Source of the DNA: the human T2T-CHM13v2.0 reference genome, Homo sapiens
Assembly (NCBI RefSeq): GCF_009914755.1
Contig: NC_060928.1
Direction: 5' to 3' (one strand)
DNA: 64,000 nucleotides
Position 1 is the stretch's first letter, and each line of letters begins with the position of its first letter. The notes beneath the pieces are model-generated. The model saw nothing but the letters and a program-made list of their open reading frames with translations, searched no databases and had not been told where the DNA came from. The position numbers and the translations under genes are program-made. This document shows, in pieces, positions 14,101-27,299 of this stretch.

Positions 14101-14490
14101 ATTGTACTGTTCATCACCTGCTGCTTTTCATTGGCATACACCTCACTACATGTTAGGGGAGGAAATGGTATGTGACATATTTTGTGCACATGTAGTTGAT
14201 TGAGGGATGCTTTTCTCTATCCTCTGAGCTCATAGGAAAGGTGTGCATCTCATTTTAATTGGACCATTAATGCTTCTTCTATTGAAAGTACTTCTCACCT
14301 CTGTCACTTCCTTGAGCTCCCATAATGGGAGGGAGCCTTGCCAATGTCACATCGCTTCATAGAGTGGAAGTTGATGCCAGATGTGTTTGGCTTGGCTTTG
14401 CCCACTTCCATGGTGTATGTTGGACCCCCATGCTGGATACAACCTAAGTCATCCTCTGACCCTGGGCTGTGGACATTGTGTGTCCGTATC
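11110..14490 (-). pseudogene. Decayed Mx copy or copies (G domain 13560-14490, neck/stalk 12000-13330, GED tail 11110-11240)
   Basis: MEVGKAKPNTSG (ORF 14304..14546; EINKAQNAIAG), PILHLKT (VFHLKK), DIVRI (DMVRL); GED tail shared with 33310-33410 and 40270-40400. Confidence 0.55.
11610..11929 (-). mobile_element. ERV1 LTR fragment, MER67/MER31-like
   Basis: Minus strand starts tgatcaagattctttccttggccaac...ggcccatctgtgtacgtccttgtaaaatccagttttagcaaagaaccc, matching my recall of the MER67-type 5' end. A paralog lies at 33640-33970. Confidence 0.65.
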
Positions 14491-14649
14491 AGGGACACTT
14501 CTAAGCCTGGGATTGGGATGGTCTTTTGCTTGTTCCCACACAGCATGAAAATGCTTTAATAGAGGTTATAATACATAGCAAGAATAGCAAGTGCACACGC
14601 AGACATCATAGAACACACTGTAGGTGAATAAAGAATTGATACTCATCAT

Positions 14650-15680
14650 CAGGCACCTGTCTTACAGGTGGGATGGAAGGTGGCACAGAGTGAGCCAGCA
14701 TAGAGCCTCATCAGAAAAGAAGAGCACTAGGCTTTCCCCAGATAGTGTCAGGGGCTCTGTTCTCTTGTGATCCTGAAGGGTTACAATACTGCTTTTCAGC
14801 TAAACAGTATCTCCCCACTCTGAGGAAAGCTTCCTTTCAGGCAAGCTTGTCTGTTTCATCCTGTTATAAAAATGGTGGGAAACATAATGGAAGCAGGAGG
14901 AATAAGTCTCTCCTGCCTACATTAGGGTAAAATAAAGGCTGAGGTCTTAGGCTTCTGTTCATGTGACTGTTTTAATGTCTGTTGATATTTCCAACAGTAT
15001 GCTCATCCCTGCACTTCTCAGTGGGAGGATAATCTAAATGGTACAACTTCTTACCAGCTACCTTTCTCCTAAGTGTCTAAAAACTGGCTTACTCGAGTGT
15101 GAATATTGTGTAAAAATGATTAATCTGTCCTCAATATGCCAAATCTTCAGCCCATGGATTGTAGTGAAACCTGACTGGCTTTGCACCGGATCTTCTGTGG
15201 ATGAAATTGGAAGTTTGGGATGTGTCTGAAACCATCTATCTGTGTTCCCTACAAGGCTAATGAGAGGGACAGGGCTGGACTGGACACTGCACTGTGACCC
15301 TCCAAGGGAAAGAATTTGCAGGCTGTCTTTTACCCTTAGTGTGGTATACGTGGGTTTTGTGGTCCTCTTCCCACCAGCCCCTAATGGCGGAGATAATAGG
15401 TTGTCTTCCTTCTTGGCTCCCTGATGCTCTTACTCTTTATTCGCCAAAATGGGCTTATTTCTACTAGAAAGCATTTGAGATCATCCGTCTTCCACCATCC
15501 AGATATTCTTGGAATTCGAGCTTGTTTATCTCTGGAAACATCTTTTGAGTGGTGACTCCATGGACAGTGTTCCCTGTAAGCCTGGATCTTCCCCCGAGGC
15601 CAGCACAACCTGGGCTCTCATATGATTTTTAGTCTACAGGGCATCATCTTCCAAAACTTGTCTTCGTGAGTCATGGGACC
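14650..15680 (-). pseudogene. Decayed Mx copy, lineage IV (G domain and neck)
   Basis: KMMPC.D..HMRAQVV (KVRPCIDLIDSLRALGV), LISLV (TISLV), ISSTED (IATTEA), FGILRTD (IGILTKPD), in order. Confidence 0.65.
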
Positions 15681-15929
15681 AGTATCTTTAGATAGTAGTA
15701 GCTTTAGAGACACTTGTTGATCTGTGGGTTTTGTCTGACGGGTTTAGGGTTTGTCTGAGAATACATTTTAGGAGCATGTGCTTCACGCAGAGTGTATCAG
15801 ATCCCGGTCCTGGATGAAAGGGCATCCACCTGGGTTGGCTATTATCCATAGTGCCTGGCAGATAGGTGGTTTCCTACACTTGGGCATATTTCTGCTTGAA
15901 TCTTCAAATAGGAAGTGCAAGGCTGAAGG

Positions 15930-17620
15930 CAGATGGTTTGCAGCCAGCTGCCTCCTGAGCTTTCCTTATTGACACCTTAGGTACCTCCTAGAGATGTGAC
16001 AGCTGCAGACAGGGTGAGGACAGGGCACAGCATGGCCAGCAGCAGCATGGTCTCTGGGCAGACAGGGCCCATCTGGAGACTGGAGCAGAATTTTGAATCT
16101 ATTCCAGTCTCTCCCAGTGTCACCCTGCCAGAGATTCACTGACCCTATCAGGTATGGGCAGCAGCACAGGGGTGTTAGCATGGTGGAAACTGTTCTTCCC
16201 GCCTTCCTGGTCTTAACTCTTTCCTAGCTACTGTTTTGTGTTGATCTGGGGAACGTGTTTCACACATGGCAGAGTGATGTCAGAGAAAACAATTTGCTCA
16301 AGCTTTGTATGAAGCAAATTTGGTGTGCGTGGAGAGAAGGGGCCTATCAGGGCGGTTCTGCTGCCGTTCAGTCTGGTGTGAAGCAGGCGCCTCACTGACA
16401 GCTCTGAATGTCAGAACTCCCCTCAAGCCTCACTTGTTCTGGCTGGAAAGTTGGTGAGCATGAAACTATGCTGTGGGTGTCTACCTTCCTTGGACAAATG
16501 AGCCCAGAGTGCTATGTCAACACTGGATTGAAAAGGGAGTCTGATGTTTTCAGCTTCAGGTCTTATTCTGGGGAAGTTAAAATCGTCGTTAGATGCATGG
16601 AAATAGTTTTCCAGATACAAAGGTGTTTTTCCTAAATTCATCTTCCTCTATATGCAGAGGTGCTTTAACGTAGACTGTGATCATATTTCATGTAAATACA
16701 GCTCTTAACATTGTAGTCGGCTGGGTCCACTTGACTTTAATTGCAGGCTGTTTCTTCTACCAACCTTGGATCTCAACTGATCAGACAATCGTGGGGATGT
16801 TCCGTTCAGCTTTGCTGCTTGTGCAGCTTTCTGCTAATGACTTTGGTCTTTGATTTTGCAGAGAGCATTTCATTTTACAGCATTCTATTCATTTTTCCAG
16901 TGTGCACAAAAAATGATCATACTCCAAGAAGGGCCTGAGGTTATTGAACTTGCACATCCTATGTCCAGGAAGCAAAGCAAACAGCCACCAAGGGATGAGA
17001 TGAATTCTTGACTGACCATCACCTCCTTTTCAGGTGGAGGCACTCACTTGGATTGGTACCTGGGCATTGTCTTGCAGTGGCTTCAGGTGTGAAATCTTCC
17101 AGTTCCCTTTAGTCCGATTTAGTTGTGTGCATCTACTCACCTGTGAAAACATGGCCTGCATATGAAACACTCACCTCGCTGTACCTGGAGATCATCTGAG
17201 TCAAGATTGCCATGTATTTGGGGATGGCTTGAGCTGGAAGATCTAGGTAGAAGTGAGTATGGACTTCTGTGCTCCTGTGGGGGACCAAGAGAAATGTGAC
17301 CATATAGAATATTTAAATCTTCCACAGCTATGCCCTGGAAAAGAATGGTGAGAAGTGGGGTATGGCACATTTAGCTTGTGTTGTCACCATTTTCTCTAGT
17401 GTGCTAAGCTTCAAGTCGGTGACAAGGTCAACTCAAAGGATTACGGGGAGGTCTCCGGGCCTCGTATGCTGCTGTGTGGAAGCTCAAGTCTCTGGACCAC
17501 AGAGGGTTTCCAGGGCTCTCATCTTTTTGTGTGCCCCACCCCCATCCAAGAGACAGAGCTTGGGCCCATCCTTGGCTGATCACATATGTTATACCTGCTC
17601 TAGACCTTGTCTCTGTCTCA
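15930..17620 (-). pseudogene. Decayed Mx copy, lineage III
   Basis: DQPRMGPSSV (DQSSGKSSV), ALETLCG (VLEALSG), LKLSTL (LKLKKL), LDLPA (IDLPG), CLHLKR (VFHLKK), cagagaccatgctgctgctg (QKAMLQL codons). Confidence 0.65.
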
Positions 17621-18749
17621 TAAAACCTATGAACTCAACGTCATTTTTTTTTCTACACTTGTGTGTGTCTGTTGCTCTCTAGGGGCCTCCTTGGATGAAG
17701 GAGTTGTGTATGTAGACTTGTCTCAGGTTCCTACCTCTCCTGTGGTTAATATACTCCAGAACCTTTGTGTCCCCAGTTGCACTCTGGCACAGTCCATGAG
17801 GGATGAAGTACTGTAGGAGAGGCTCTGCACTAGACATCTTTGAAGAGATACATGTGGTTTGGTCTTCTAGTTCCTGCCTGGAATGTCTGTGGAGCCCACC
17901 GTGAAGTTCCCCAGCTTGGTTCTGATGTGCTGTATTGGTTGTGTTCTTCCTGGAGAGTGGGTTCTGGCAAAATTGACAAGTCTATGGGCTTTGTTCATCT
18001 TGTAAGTCTTAGTGGGAAAAGGACAAGGGCAATGTCCTTTAGAACATCTGTGAAAGGCTCTATCTCTGTTCTTTTCCCTCTGGACTGTTGGGGAGAGCAA
18101 GCATGACCTCTCCTGAGTCACAGGATACCTTATAAGAAGCAGGCATCTCTTCTGGGTCACAGTTTGCTATGGAAACTTTTCCACAAATGTGATATTCAGG
18201 GCACTGCTTTGGAATTCACCATGAGAGAATAAAGGACTGAATGTAGAATATGTGGTGAGTATGCCTTAGGCTTCTGAGATGTTTCATTTTTTTCAAAGGT
18301 AAGAGAGCAGGAAGCTTCCAGCTCCACGGTCACCAATGGCACCTTCTCTGGGCAGGAAGGACTCAGGATTTAAAGGGTACAATTCTGAAAGCATTCCTGT
18401 CCCCGTATTGTCTGAGTTCTGGGCCTGCCTGTCTCCTCTGGGGCAAAAGCATGAGCCAGAGCTCGCTCCTTTGATGTGGAAGCAGCTGCTGGGTCTGGCT
18501 GTCCAGGTCTCAGCCTACTTCAGAATGCTATATGCAGATGTCTTCTCTTGGCTCAGACCACTTCCAGAACAGTGGCTGCCCATGGAGGAGGTTCACAGCT
18601 GCTTGTGAAAAGACTTACATGTACGTGTGTGTACGTGTGCAGGTGGTTAGTGTGCTGCCTCTGCCAGCAGCTGTGCTGACTACGACTCCTGATGAGGAAC
18701 CTCCTGGTCCCCTCTGAAACGGGAGCCCTGTTGGAGCAGTGTAGCCTCT

Positions 18750-20620
18750 GGGTGGAGGATGTTGAGAATGCATCCGGGGTCTTGATCAGTTTAGTTGGTT
18801 GTTCAGGGAAGGGGCAGTCTGAGAATATTTCTTATATTGGCTGGAATAATTTGGATGATTGTTTCTACCTTTACTGGTGGGTAGCATTCAGTAAAGATAT
18901 CTAAGTCCTGATAATATTTTGTGGTGAGGTTTTCATTGTAGACTTAGTCTCTAATGTCTTCACGTTTGGACTTGATGGTTCTGTGGAAGCTAAGAAATTA
19001 TTTTCTGAAACATTTTTGAAAATGAACTGGGCCGTATCCTTCCATGTGTGCTACACATCAGCAGTTCTTACAGTGCTTTTACTGTTTTATGATGGTCTCA
19101 AATTGCCTGTGATTCATAAATCTTGGCAGCTCTCTGCCAAAATACTGATTGCCTAATTTCTACAGTTTTTGATATAAAACTTCATAATCTTCTTAATGCA
19201 GAACCCATTATGCAAAACAGACGAGTGATTTTTTTCCCCCTGTGGTTTCTTCACCATGTATCAAAGCAATGATGTTGTGACTAAATACGTGAAAGAACAA
19301 GCATTGAGTCACTCTTGCCAATAGACAGTCCAGATCGCCCTAATCGGTGGGGTTCATTGTTAATCCAGCTGCTCTTCAGTTTCCTCCACTCACACAGCAC
19401 CTGAGCATTTATGGGATCAGGACACATATTTTCATTGGGAGCAGCAAGGAGCTGTCATCTTTTAGATCAGCCCATAGACACATAGGTGGGGCCTGAGGGG
19501 TTTAAGCCCTGTCCATTTCTTGGCTCTTGCCACTGGCTGTTACTTGGTACCTAGGGAGGTGAGCACCCCGGGTCAGTGTCTATCAATTACAAGCAGTTTT
19601 CAAAGCATGAGCCTCTCATGAGACTTAGGAATTCTCATTGCCATTTGTTTATTTTTTTCAAGGAACCTTTCACCGAGGCTCAGACCACTTCACAATAACA
19701 AGTAAGCAATAGTGACACGTCATATTTCACCTTGTTTTGGTGTAGCTGCTCCCACCTACTTTGATCCTGGCTTCTCTTGGTTGTTGAAGGTATTTTGGTG
19801 ACATTACCACTCTCCCATTGTAACCAAACACAGATCAGCCACTCACCATTTGCAGACTCCAGTGGCAAGAGTGAGGTATGGTAGAGTGGTTTTTTATTAA
19901 CCAAAACTAGTAATGGAGAACTGGCCCGATTGCAATCCAAAGTAGCCACTTGGCCTTTCTGGGGAGAAGGCGGTAAGGGTTTATGAAGGGAAAACTTGAT
20001 AGGGAAGGCATTCATGCAGGAGTTGTGCTGAGTACAAACGCTCTGTCTCATTCCAGTGGCTATCTCAGGCTCAGTCCACCTGGAGCATGGGCTGGCATCA
20101 TGTCAATGGTGGGAATGCTGAGTAGCTGCCTTGAGGTAATCACAAATTTTAAAGTTGGGCCTCCATGCTTGGCCTGTCTGTCCAAAGATGAGCTCCTGGA
20201 ACTGCTAAGTAAGCACATAATTAGATACTAGCATATAGTGAAATGCAAAAGAAGAATATGGTGGGAAAGGGAGAGACATGGAGTCTATTTTAAGATTGAG
20301 GGAAAAGACTTCTGTAGTTTGCTCACAGGTAACATCTTGAGACTAGGGGGAAGAGGCAAAAAGCTTGTGTTGGAAGTCAACCTGCTTGGTTACATTGTCT
20401 TTCTCCAAAGGAGACTCAAAGATTAGTATGCTTTCCCTTCCTTCTTGGTGGTCTGTTTATGGAATCTTCCTTGGTAGACACATCTCATGACCCCTTCCCT
20501 TCCTCCACTTTGCATGAATATGAGAATAACTGTCTTTGCAGAAACTATCTGGGAAGAGACCAATGGCTTTTTTACATGAGCACAACAGTCCCATCCTAAA
20601 TGCCACAGCGGACAACTTTA
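18750..20620 (-). pseudogene. Decayed Mx copy, lineage V, paralog of 7090-8350, interrupted by an LTR
   Basis: Minus strand ggcagagagctgccaagatttatgaatcacagg at ~19105-19138 gives GRELPRFMNHR (GRELPGFVNYR); colinear with 7090-8350. Confidence 0.8.
19819..20394 (-). mobile_element. Solo LTR (ERV1, MER4-group-like; family not resolved)
   Basis: Terminal inverted repeat TGTAACCAA...TTGGTTACA; AATAAA on the minus strand near 19895; absent from the paralogous site near 8140. No clear TSD. Confidence 0.7.
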
Positions 20621-21199
20621 CTGCCAACTAGAAATCGTTGATGAGGTGCTCAAATGGGAAAGTTACAGAACTGTGATGATCTGATCAAAACTCGCAAGGC
20701 TGAAACAGTCATCTTTGTCTGTTCTGGGGGTTACTGTGTGGAAATCTGGGGCCATGCTAGACCTACAGCAGTTGAATGAAATATCTCTACTTTTGGGTAT
20801 AGTTGCAAGTTTTCCAACAATGGGCCTCTGCAGCTTCTTGTCCACATCATGTAGAAGTGAAATGGGGTCTTTGCTCCAATGGAGGGCTGCAAATGTTGCT
20901 CGTTAAATGCCCTTGGCATACACTGCAGGAAAACATGGGTTTTGAATCTCTTCATTTGTTTTAATTAAGGCAATGAGCCTTGCCTGTATCTCTTGGGGAA
21001 AATGTTTTGAAATTTGGCCGTATGGCCTGTGCTACTGCTGAGTGACACCCTCCAAACATGCCACATCAAGCATCATTGCACCATTCCACTCTCCCCTTTC
21101 CTACCGCCAAGCATCCATAGACTAGCACATTTGGGTTCCTTTGGTGTAGGCCCTTGTGGAAGATTTCACATACAATGTGGGGTCCAAAGCAATGATGTC

Positions 21200-22050
21200 T
21201 TGTGCCTCTCCTAAAATCAGATGTCAAGCAGTATTTTGTTCTGCATTTGGGTTTGTTTGGCTACATTTAGTTAACCTCCTCTGTAAAGCTTGATCTAGGA
21301 GGTACAGGGGTTGTGAACCTGGAGGGAAGAGGGGCAGAGAGGAGCCTGCCCTCTTGTATCGAAAGGCAGATTGAGTCCTCATGATTCAACCTGGGGAAGC
21401 TGACTGCCCTGCCGTCAGTAAGCAGGGACAGGAGTCAAGTTCAGCATCTACTGGGCTGAGGTAGAAGCATGTGGCTTTGGCCCTCAGGATCTTACTCCTG
21501 ACTCCAGTACTGTTCCTTTTCAGTGGATTATCTTGGTGTACACTAAGGTTTGGTGGGGAAAGGGGCCCAAACAGCAAACGCAAATGTGGGAGAAAATACT
21601 GACTTGACATCCAATTTTGGGGGAGGCACAGAACATCATTACTTTGGACTTCACATTGCCTGGCTCACCTTAATGTGTAGATTGTATCTGGCTTAAACGA
21701 TTACACATGGTGCTAAAATACACGAGAATCATTTTCGAAAGCATACGTCCTCAATGGGACTTGAGTTTCTCTCTTTCCATCATCTTAGGTAGTTGAGTGA
21801 TGACCTCAATAGTGACTTCAGTCAGCCAAGTGGAACTTGGCACTGGTGACAAGCCTCATGTTGGGCTGGCTTTGTGGTTTCTTTCATTCCTGCTGACAGG
21901 CTTCTTGTTCTGCCTGATTGAAGTGACCTCCACACCCATACCAGTGCTTCATGAGTATCTTCCCTAAAGAGGACATGTTAAAACTTATGTATATGGTCCA
22001 TATTGGCAGCTATAAATCTGATTCTAGAATTTCTTTGAGATGGTATGACA
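21200..22050 (-). pseudogene. Decayed Mx stalk/GED, lineage VI, paralog of 8980-9830
   Basis: Colinear DNA homology (tcatgattcaacctg, caggatctt, catgagtatcttcc) with the 9 kb copy. Confidence 0.55.
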
Positions 22051-22399
22051 ACCACTTGCCCCCCTGTTCACAAACTAAATGAATGTAATAAAGGTTGGAA
22101 GAGAACAGCCTCTCTGAAGAGATCTGTTCCCTCTCACACAATCCTTTACTGAAGTGGAAATGGGTTGTCTTTATTACCCGCAGTCAGTAGCTTTGAGTGA
22201 AACCTTACAATTGAGACGTGTCTGCATGAAAAATGGTAAATGTGTGGTGTCCTGTACTGTGGTGGATTTCTCTCGAACTGCCTGTTGACTCAGCCTCTGA
22301 TTCCTTATATGGGAGGATCTGGGTGCTACTGACCTAAGGAGTGGGCAGCAGAGGAGAGGCCATTCCTGTAACTTTGACAGGGTTGTTCATCATGGGACA

Positions 22400-23880
22400 A
22401 CATCAATACAGATGACTTGTCTGCTATGTTGAGTAAGCTGTCGTCATGGGCTATGTTCTGACCATGGGGTTTAAGCAGGCATGGTGGCTGACCCTCAAGA
22501 GCAATGCCTTTCAGAAGGATGTGGCTGGCCCCCGCTTTCCTTTGTGGCTACTGTTCAGTGAGGCCAAGAGAGGGACCCTTTAGAGGCATGGCAGAGAAAG
22601 AGTAGCACTGATCTGGAACCTTCTGGTTGTTACACATTCTCAGAGGTGACCATTAACCTAGAGCATGTCACTAATGAGCTGCCCTGCCACTCGTGGGCCC
22701 TGAGCTACATTTGAGGGGAGAGAATGGTCAGAAATTGAAGGAGTGAATCTGAATCTTCTGTCAAGGATCCATCAATGGATAAGTGTACTGTTCCCTGAAG
22801 GTCACCCATTCTCACCAACCCCAGGGCGTGTGGTTGTCAGGTACCTGCCTTGCAGGTGGGATGGAAGAGAGCACAGAGTGATCCAGCATAGAGCGTCATC
22901 AGGGTGTGATGGGGACGGAGAGCTCTAGGCTTTCCCCAAGCAGATAGGGGAGGCTTGTTTTATTCTTGCCTGGGATCCTGAATTTTGTCATGTTGCCCCT
23001 CAGCTAAATAGGACCTTCCCGTTCTGAGGAAAGCTTTCTTTGAGGCATGCTTGTTTCATTCTGCTGTCACAAAAAACTGGGAAATAGGAAAAATATCCAG
23101 AGAAATCACTGTGGCCTACATCAGAGTGGAATGAATGCTGAGGTCTTGGTTTTCTGTTCATGTGGTTATTTTAATGTCAGTGAATGCGTTTCCAACATTG
23201 TGCTTGTCCCTGTGTTTAGGGGGAAGAGGATTTAAAGTCAACTTATTACCATTTTGTTTTTGTAAGCTGTTTGTTTTTAAACTTCTGTCTACATTTCTCA
23301 TAATCATGGGAGAATTAAACATTTCTTGTGTAAAGATATGCTTAATCTGTCCTCAATATTAAAAATTTTCGGGCTCATAGATGGTAGTGAAGCCTGACAG
23401 AGAAACGCCACCTCCCCACTGGATCCTCTGCAAATTGAAACATTAGCACAGAATGTGTCTGAAGTGGTGACCTACCTGCAGGTCTAATCAGAGGTGCACG
23501 ACTGGACTTTGCACTGATGGACGAAGACAGCCTTGGAGGCTGTCTTCCACGCACACAGAAGTCTAGGTGGGTTTTGTGTGACCTCATCCTGCCAGCTTCG
23601 GATGAGATTATAAATGCTGCCAACTGTCTTTCTGGTGCTCTTAATCTTTACATTCCCAAATGGACTTATTCTCATTAGAATGCACTCGGGATTGTTTGTT
23701 GTTGACCATCCTGTTTCCCTGGAAGAATTTTCAGCTTTAGTATTTTCTCTGGAAAAATCTTCAGAATATCAACTCCGTGGGCAGTGTTCCTTATGAGCCT
23801 GCGTTTATCCCCAAGGCTAGCACAACCTGGGCTCTGAGATCTAGGTTTTGCGGCCACAGAGGATTATCCAATCATTGCTT
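22400..23880 (-). pseudogene. Decayed Mx copy, lineage IV, paralog of 14650-15680
   Basis: Colinear with 14650-15680 at about 8.2 kb offset (ttaatctgtcctcaatat, aaatggacttatt, gcacaacctgggctct). Confidence 0.6.
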
Positions 23881-23987
23881 TCATTAGTAGTGAATTTAGT
23901 GCCTTCATGGTCATAACTGCAGACACAGCCATAGCTAACCTGCAGGGTCTTTATTTTACTGCTTTTAGGCTCTCTGCCTGAGAATAC

Positions 23988-24214
23988 GTTTTCTTTTTTA
24001 ATTTTACTTTTAAGTTCTGGGATACATGTATAGAATGTGCAGGTTTGCTACATGGGTATTCATGTGCCATAGTTGTTTGCTGCACGTATCAACCTGTCCT
24101 CTAGGTTTTAAGCCCTGCGTACATTAGGTATTTTTCCTAATGCTCTCCCTCCCCTAGCCTGAGTGAGAACATGCGGTGTTCGGTTTTCTGTTCTTGTGTT
24201 AGTTTGCTGAGGAT
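23988..24214 (-). mobile_element. L1PA8-like 3' fragment with internal deletion
   Basis: T-rich head, then ttttaagttctgggatacatg...ctaggttttaagccc...tgagtgagaacatgcggtg; absent from the paralogous site near 15770. Confidence 0.85.
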
Positions 24215-24349
24215 TGCTTCACCCAGAAATGTATCACATCCTGATCCTCGAAGGGTGATCCACCTGGGTTAGTTGTCCTTACCATTCCCCAGCAGACATA
24301 TGGTCTGTTTGCATGTTGCTGCTTGAACCTCCAAATGCAAAGTGCAGAC

Positions 24350-25500
24350 TTGAAGGCAGGAGGTGGAAGCCAGCTGCCCCTGACCTTGTCTTGTTGCCTT
24401 TGGAAACACCAGAGATGGGACAGCCCAGACAGGCTGAGGACAGTGCACATCATGGTCGTCAGTGGCAGGTTCTCTGGGCAGCCAGGGCCCCTGTCTGGAG
24501 GTTACAAGAGGATTTTGAATATGTTGTAGTTGCCAATGTCATCTTGCAGACATCACTGAGTGAGATGAAAAGCATGAGGCAATGATCTCTCTGGGTTGAG
24601 GGTGTTACTGTGGCTCATGCCATCTTGGTTTTAACCCCTGTCTGGTTCATGTTGATGATTTTCTGGGGAGCATGTTTCAGCTGTCTTGGATTAAAGAGGC
24701 TCTTGGATTTTTTTCGTGACCACTGCCTCTGGTCGTTTCTGCTGGAAGTGCCTTAGAGTGAATAGACTGCCCTAAGAATCAAAGTCTGCATATAACAACT
24801 TACATGTATTCCAAGAAGGTCATAAGGTTGCTGACCTTAGGCATAATCTCCATGAAGCAAGGCCAGTTGTCAGCAAGGGATGAGATTATTTCTTGTTTGA
24901 TCACAACTTTTCAGGTGGATGCGCTCACCTGATCACTGCTACCTAGCATTGTCTTGGAGGCTGGGTCCTTTGGTGGGATATCTTCCTCTTACGTCAAGAG
25001 GCTGTTTTAGGTTTGTGCTGCTTTCTAGCAGTGACGATGTTACCTGTGTTTAAACACACTGTACCATATCTGGAGACCTGAGTCAAGGTCAACACATATC
25101 TCTAGGTAGGCTTATATAATCAGGAAGATCTAGATGGGAGTGTGAGTAAGCATCGTGGTATCTCAGGGGGACCTGGAATAAACAGAAGTTTCCTCAGCTC
25201 TCAAAGCTGCATGCTAGGAAGATAAGATGGGCCTCGTGAGCTGAGACAAGGTGCATTCTGTCCATTTCCCTTAGTGTGCTGAGCTTTAAGTCAGTGACAA
25301 GTTAGACTCGGAAGTATGTGGAGAGGGAGCAAGGCTTTGTATGCTGCTGTGTGGTAGCTCAAACCTCTGTATTCCAGGGGGTTTCCAGGGTTCTTTGTGT
25401 TTTTGTCCTGAGAGACTGGGCATGATTCATGGCTGAGTGGATGACGTACCTGCTCTTGACATCGTCTTGATGCTATACAGCCCGTAGGTAGAAGGACCTT
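24350..25500 (-). pseudogene. Decayed Mx copy, lineage III, paralog of 15930-17620
   Basis: Colinear homology (ggaagatctag, gtgctgagctttaagtcagtgacaa, tatgctgctgtgtgg). Confidence 0.6.
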
Positions 25501-26882
25501 TCGTCTACATTCATGGCTGGGTCTGCAGCTTCTTTACAGGGGTTTCACTGGGTGAAGAAATAGGCATGTGTAGACCTATTTTGGGTTCGTACCTCTGCTC
25601 GGGTTAGTATGCCTCAATGCCTTTGAGTTTCCCAGCTGTACTCCTGAACTTCTGGCACAATTCATCAGGGATGTAGTTTATGGGAGAGGCCCTGTGCTGG
25701 GACACATGCTTGAAACCAGAATTACATTGTAGGTCCTGCCAGTTGCTTGTGCATGGCTTATCTTTGCTGTGCACTGCCTGGAACATGTCAGGAGCTAAGA
25801 GGGGCTTTCTGTGGCTTGGCTCTGTGGTCCCTTGGTCACGTTGGACCCTGTTGGCAATGTGGGTTCTGGTGAGTTAGAGCATTGTTTTGGCCTTGTTCAG
25901 CTCATGTTACTCAGAATGGAGAAATAAGTTGACCCCTGTCCTAGTAACTACGGTGAAAGGGTCTCTGACCCAGGAGAGTCCATGTCCTGCTGAGCAGTCT
26001 AGGGAGAAGGACTTAGAATCAGTCCAACCTGTAAGGAGCAGGTATTTGCATTGGGCAGCAGACTTAAATCTCCTCTGGAAACTTCCCTGAAAATGCAATG
26101 GTTGGTGTAGCTTTTGGGAATTCACCCTGAGGAAGTAAGGGACTGATCGTAGAAAGATCAGTATTCTTCTCAGACTTTCTGGAACAATGTTATTTGTACC
26201 AAAGATGTCAAATGAGGAGGGGAGAGACTTCCAGCTCTGTAGTCAATAGGAGCTGCTTTTCTGGGAAGGAAGGAAGGGGTCAAGAATCTTCAAGAAGGTG
26301 ATGGAAAGGATTTCAGAATCCATAGTCTCCTTGCTAGGCCTGCCTGGCTCCTCTGGGGTAAAAGTGTGAGCCAGAGTGCTCTCCTGTGATGTGGAAGCAG
26401 TTACCAGTCTTGCTCTCCAGTGCCTAACCCCTCTCAGGTTTGTACTTAGAGATGTTTCCTTGTGGGGGGTGGTCACAGAACCAGAACAATGGCTGCCACT
26501 AGGGGGGTCCGGAGGTCAGAGCTCCCTGTGGAAAGGCCTTGTGGTGTGTCTGTGAAGGCAAGAAATGGCCTGTCTCTTCTTGCTGTTTTGTTGACCTGGG
26601 CCGTTGCCAAGCAGGGGCACTGTCGTCTCCTGAAGTGTGAGGTCTCTCAGCAGTTTAGCCCCTCTGGGATGAGGAATGTATCCATTGCTCTTGGTCAGCA
26701 AGGTTGGCTCTTGAGGAAAGATGGGCATTCTGAGTTTTCCCAGGTTTCTATGTTGTGTGGAATAAATGGAAAATGGTATGTGTATTTCCTCGTTAATGGG
26801 TAGGTAGCATAGCTTTCAGTAAGTAAACTCTCTATGGTCAGGGAACACTATAGGAAGATTTTCAATTGTGTACTATTTTTTG

Positions 26883-26970
26883 CATAGAAAAATTCATCAA
26901 CATGACTTCAGACTTCTTGTATACATCATAGAAAAATTCATCAACGTGACTTCAGACTTGTTGTATACAT
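26883..26970. repeat. 44-bp direct tandem duplication
   Basis: catagaaaaattcatcaac(a/g)tgacttcagactt(c/g)ttgtatacat twice, 2 mismatches. Confidence 0.95.
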
Positions 26971-27299
26971 TTTAGTAATTCTATAGCATTTGATGCATGT
27001 CATTTGAAATTTAAACAACATTTATAATCTTAACCTCTTCATATTGTAAGGGCAAGAAGCATACGCAGCTATCTTTTTTTCTTGATTAGACTTCCCAGGA
27101 AAAATATTTGAGTCTTCTCATTTGTAATAATGAGGACAAATTAGTGACTCGGTATGGCTTTTGGAAAAGTAGACCCTGAAGGAGAATAGGATATTTGAAG
27201 ACATACGTTTTCATTCTTTGAAATGAAAGCCCTAACAAATAATGTTTAGGGCTTACAATTTTATCGTACACTTGGGGATTCCAAGTTTGAAATGGCTGT

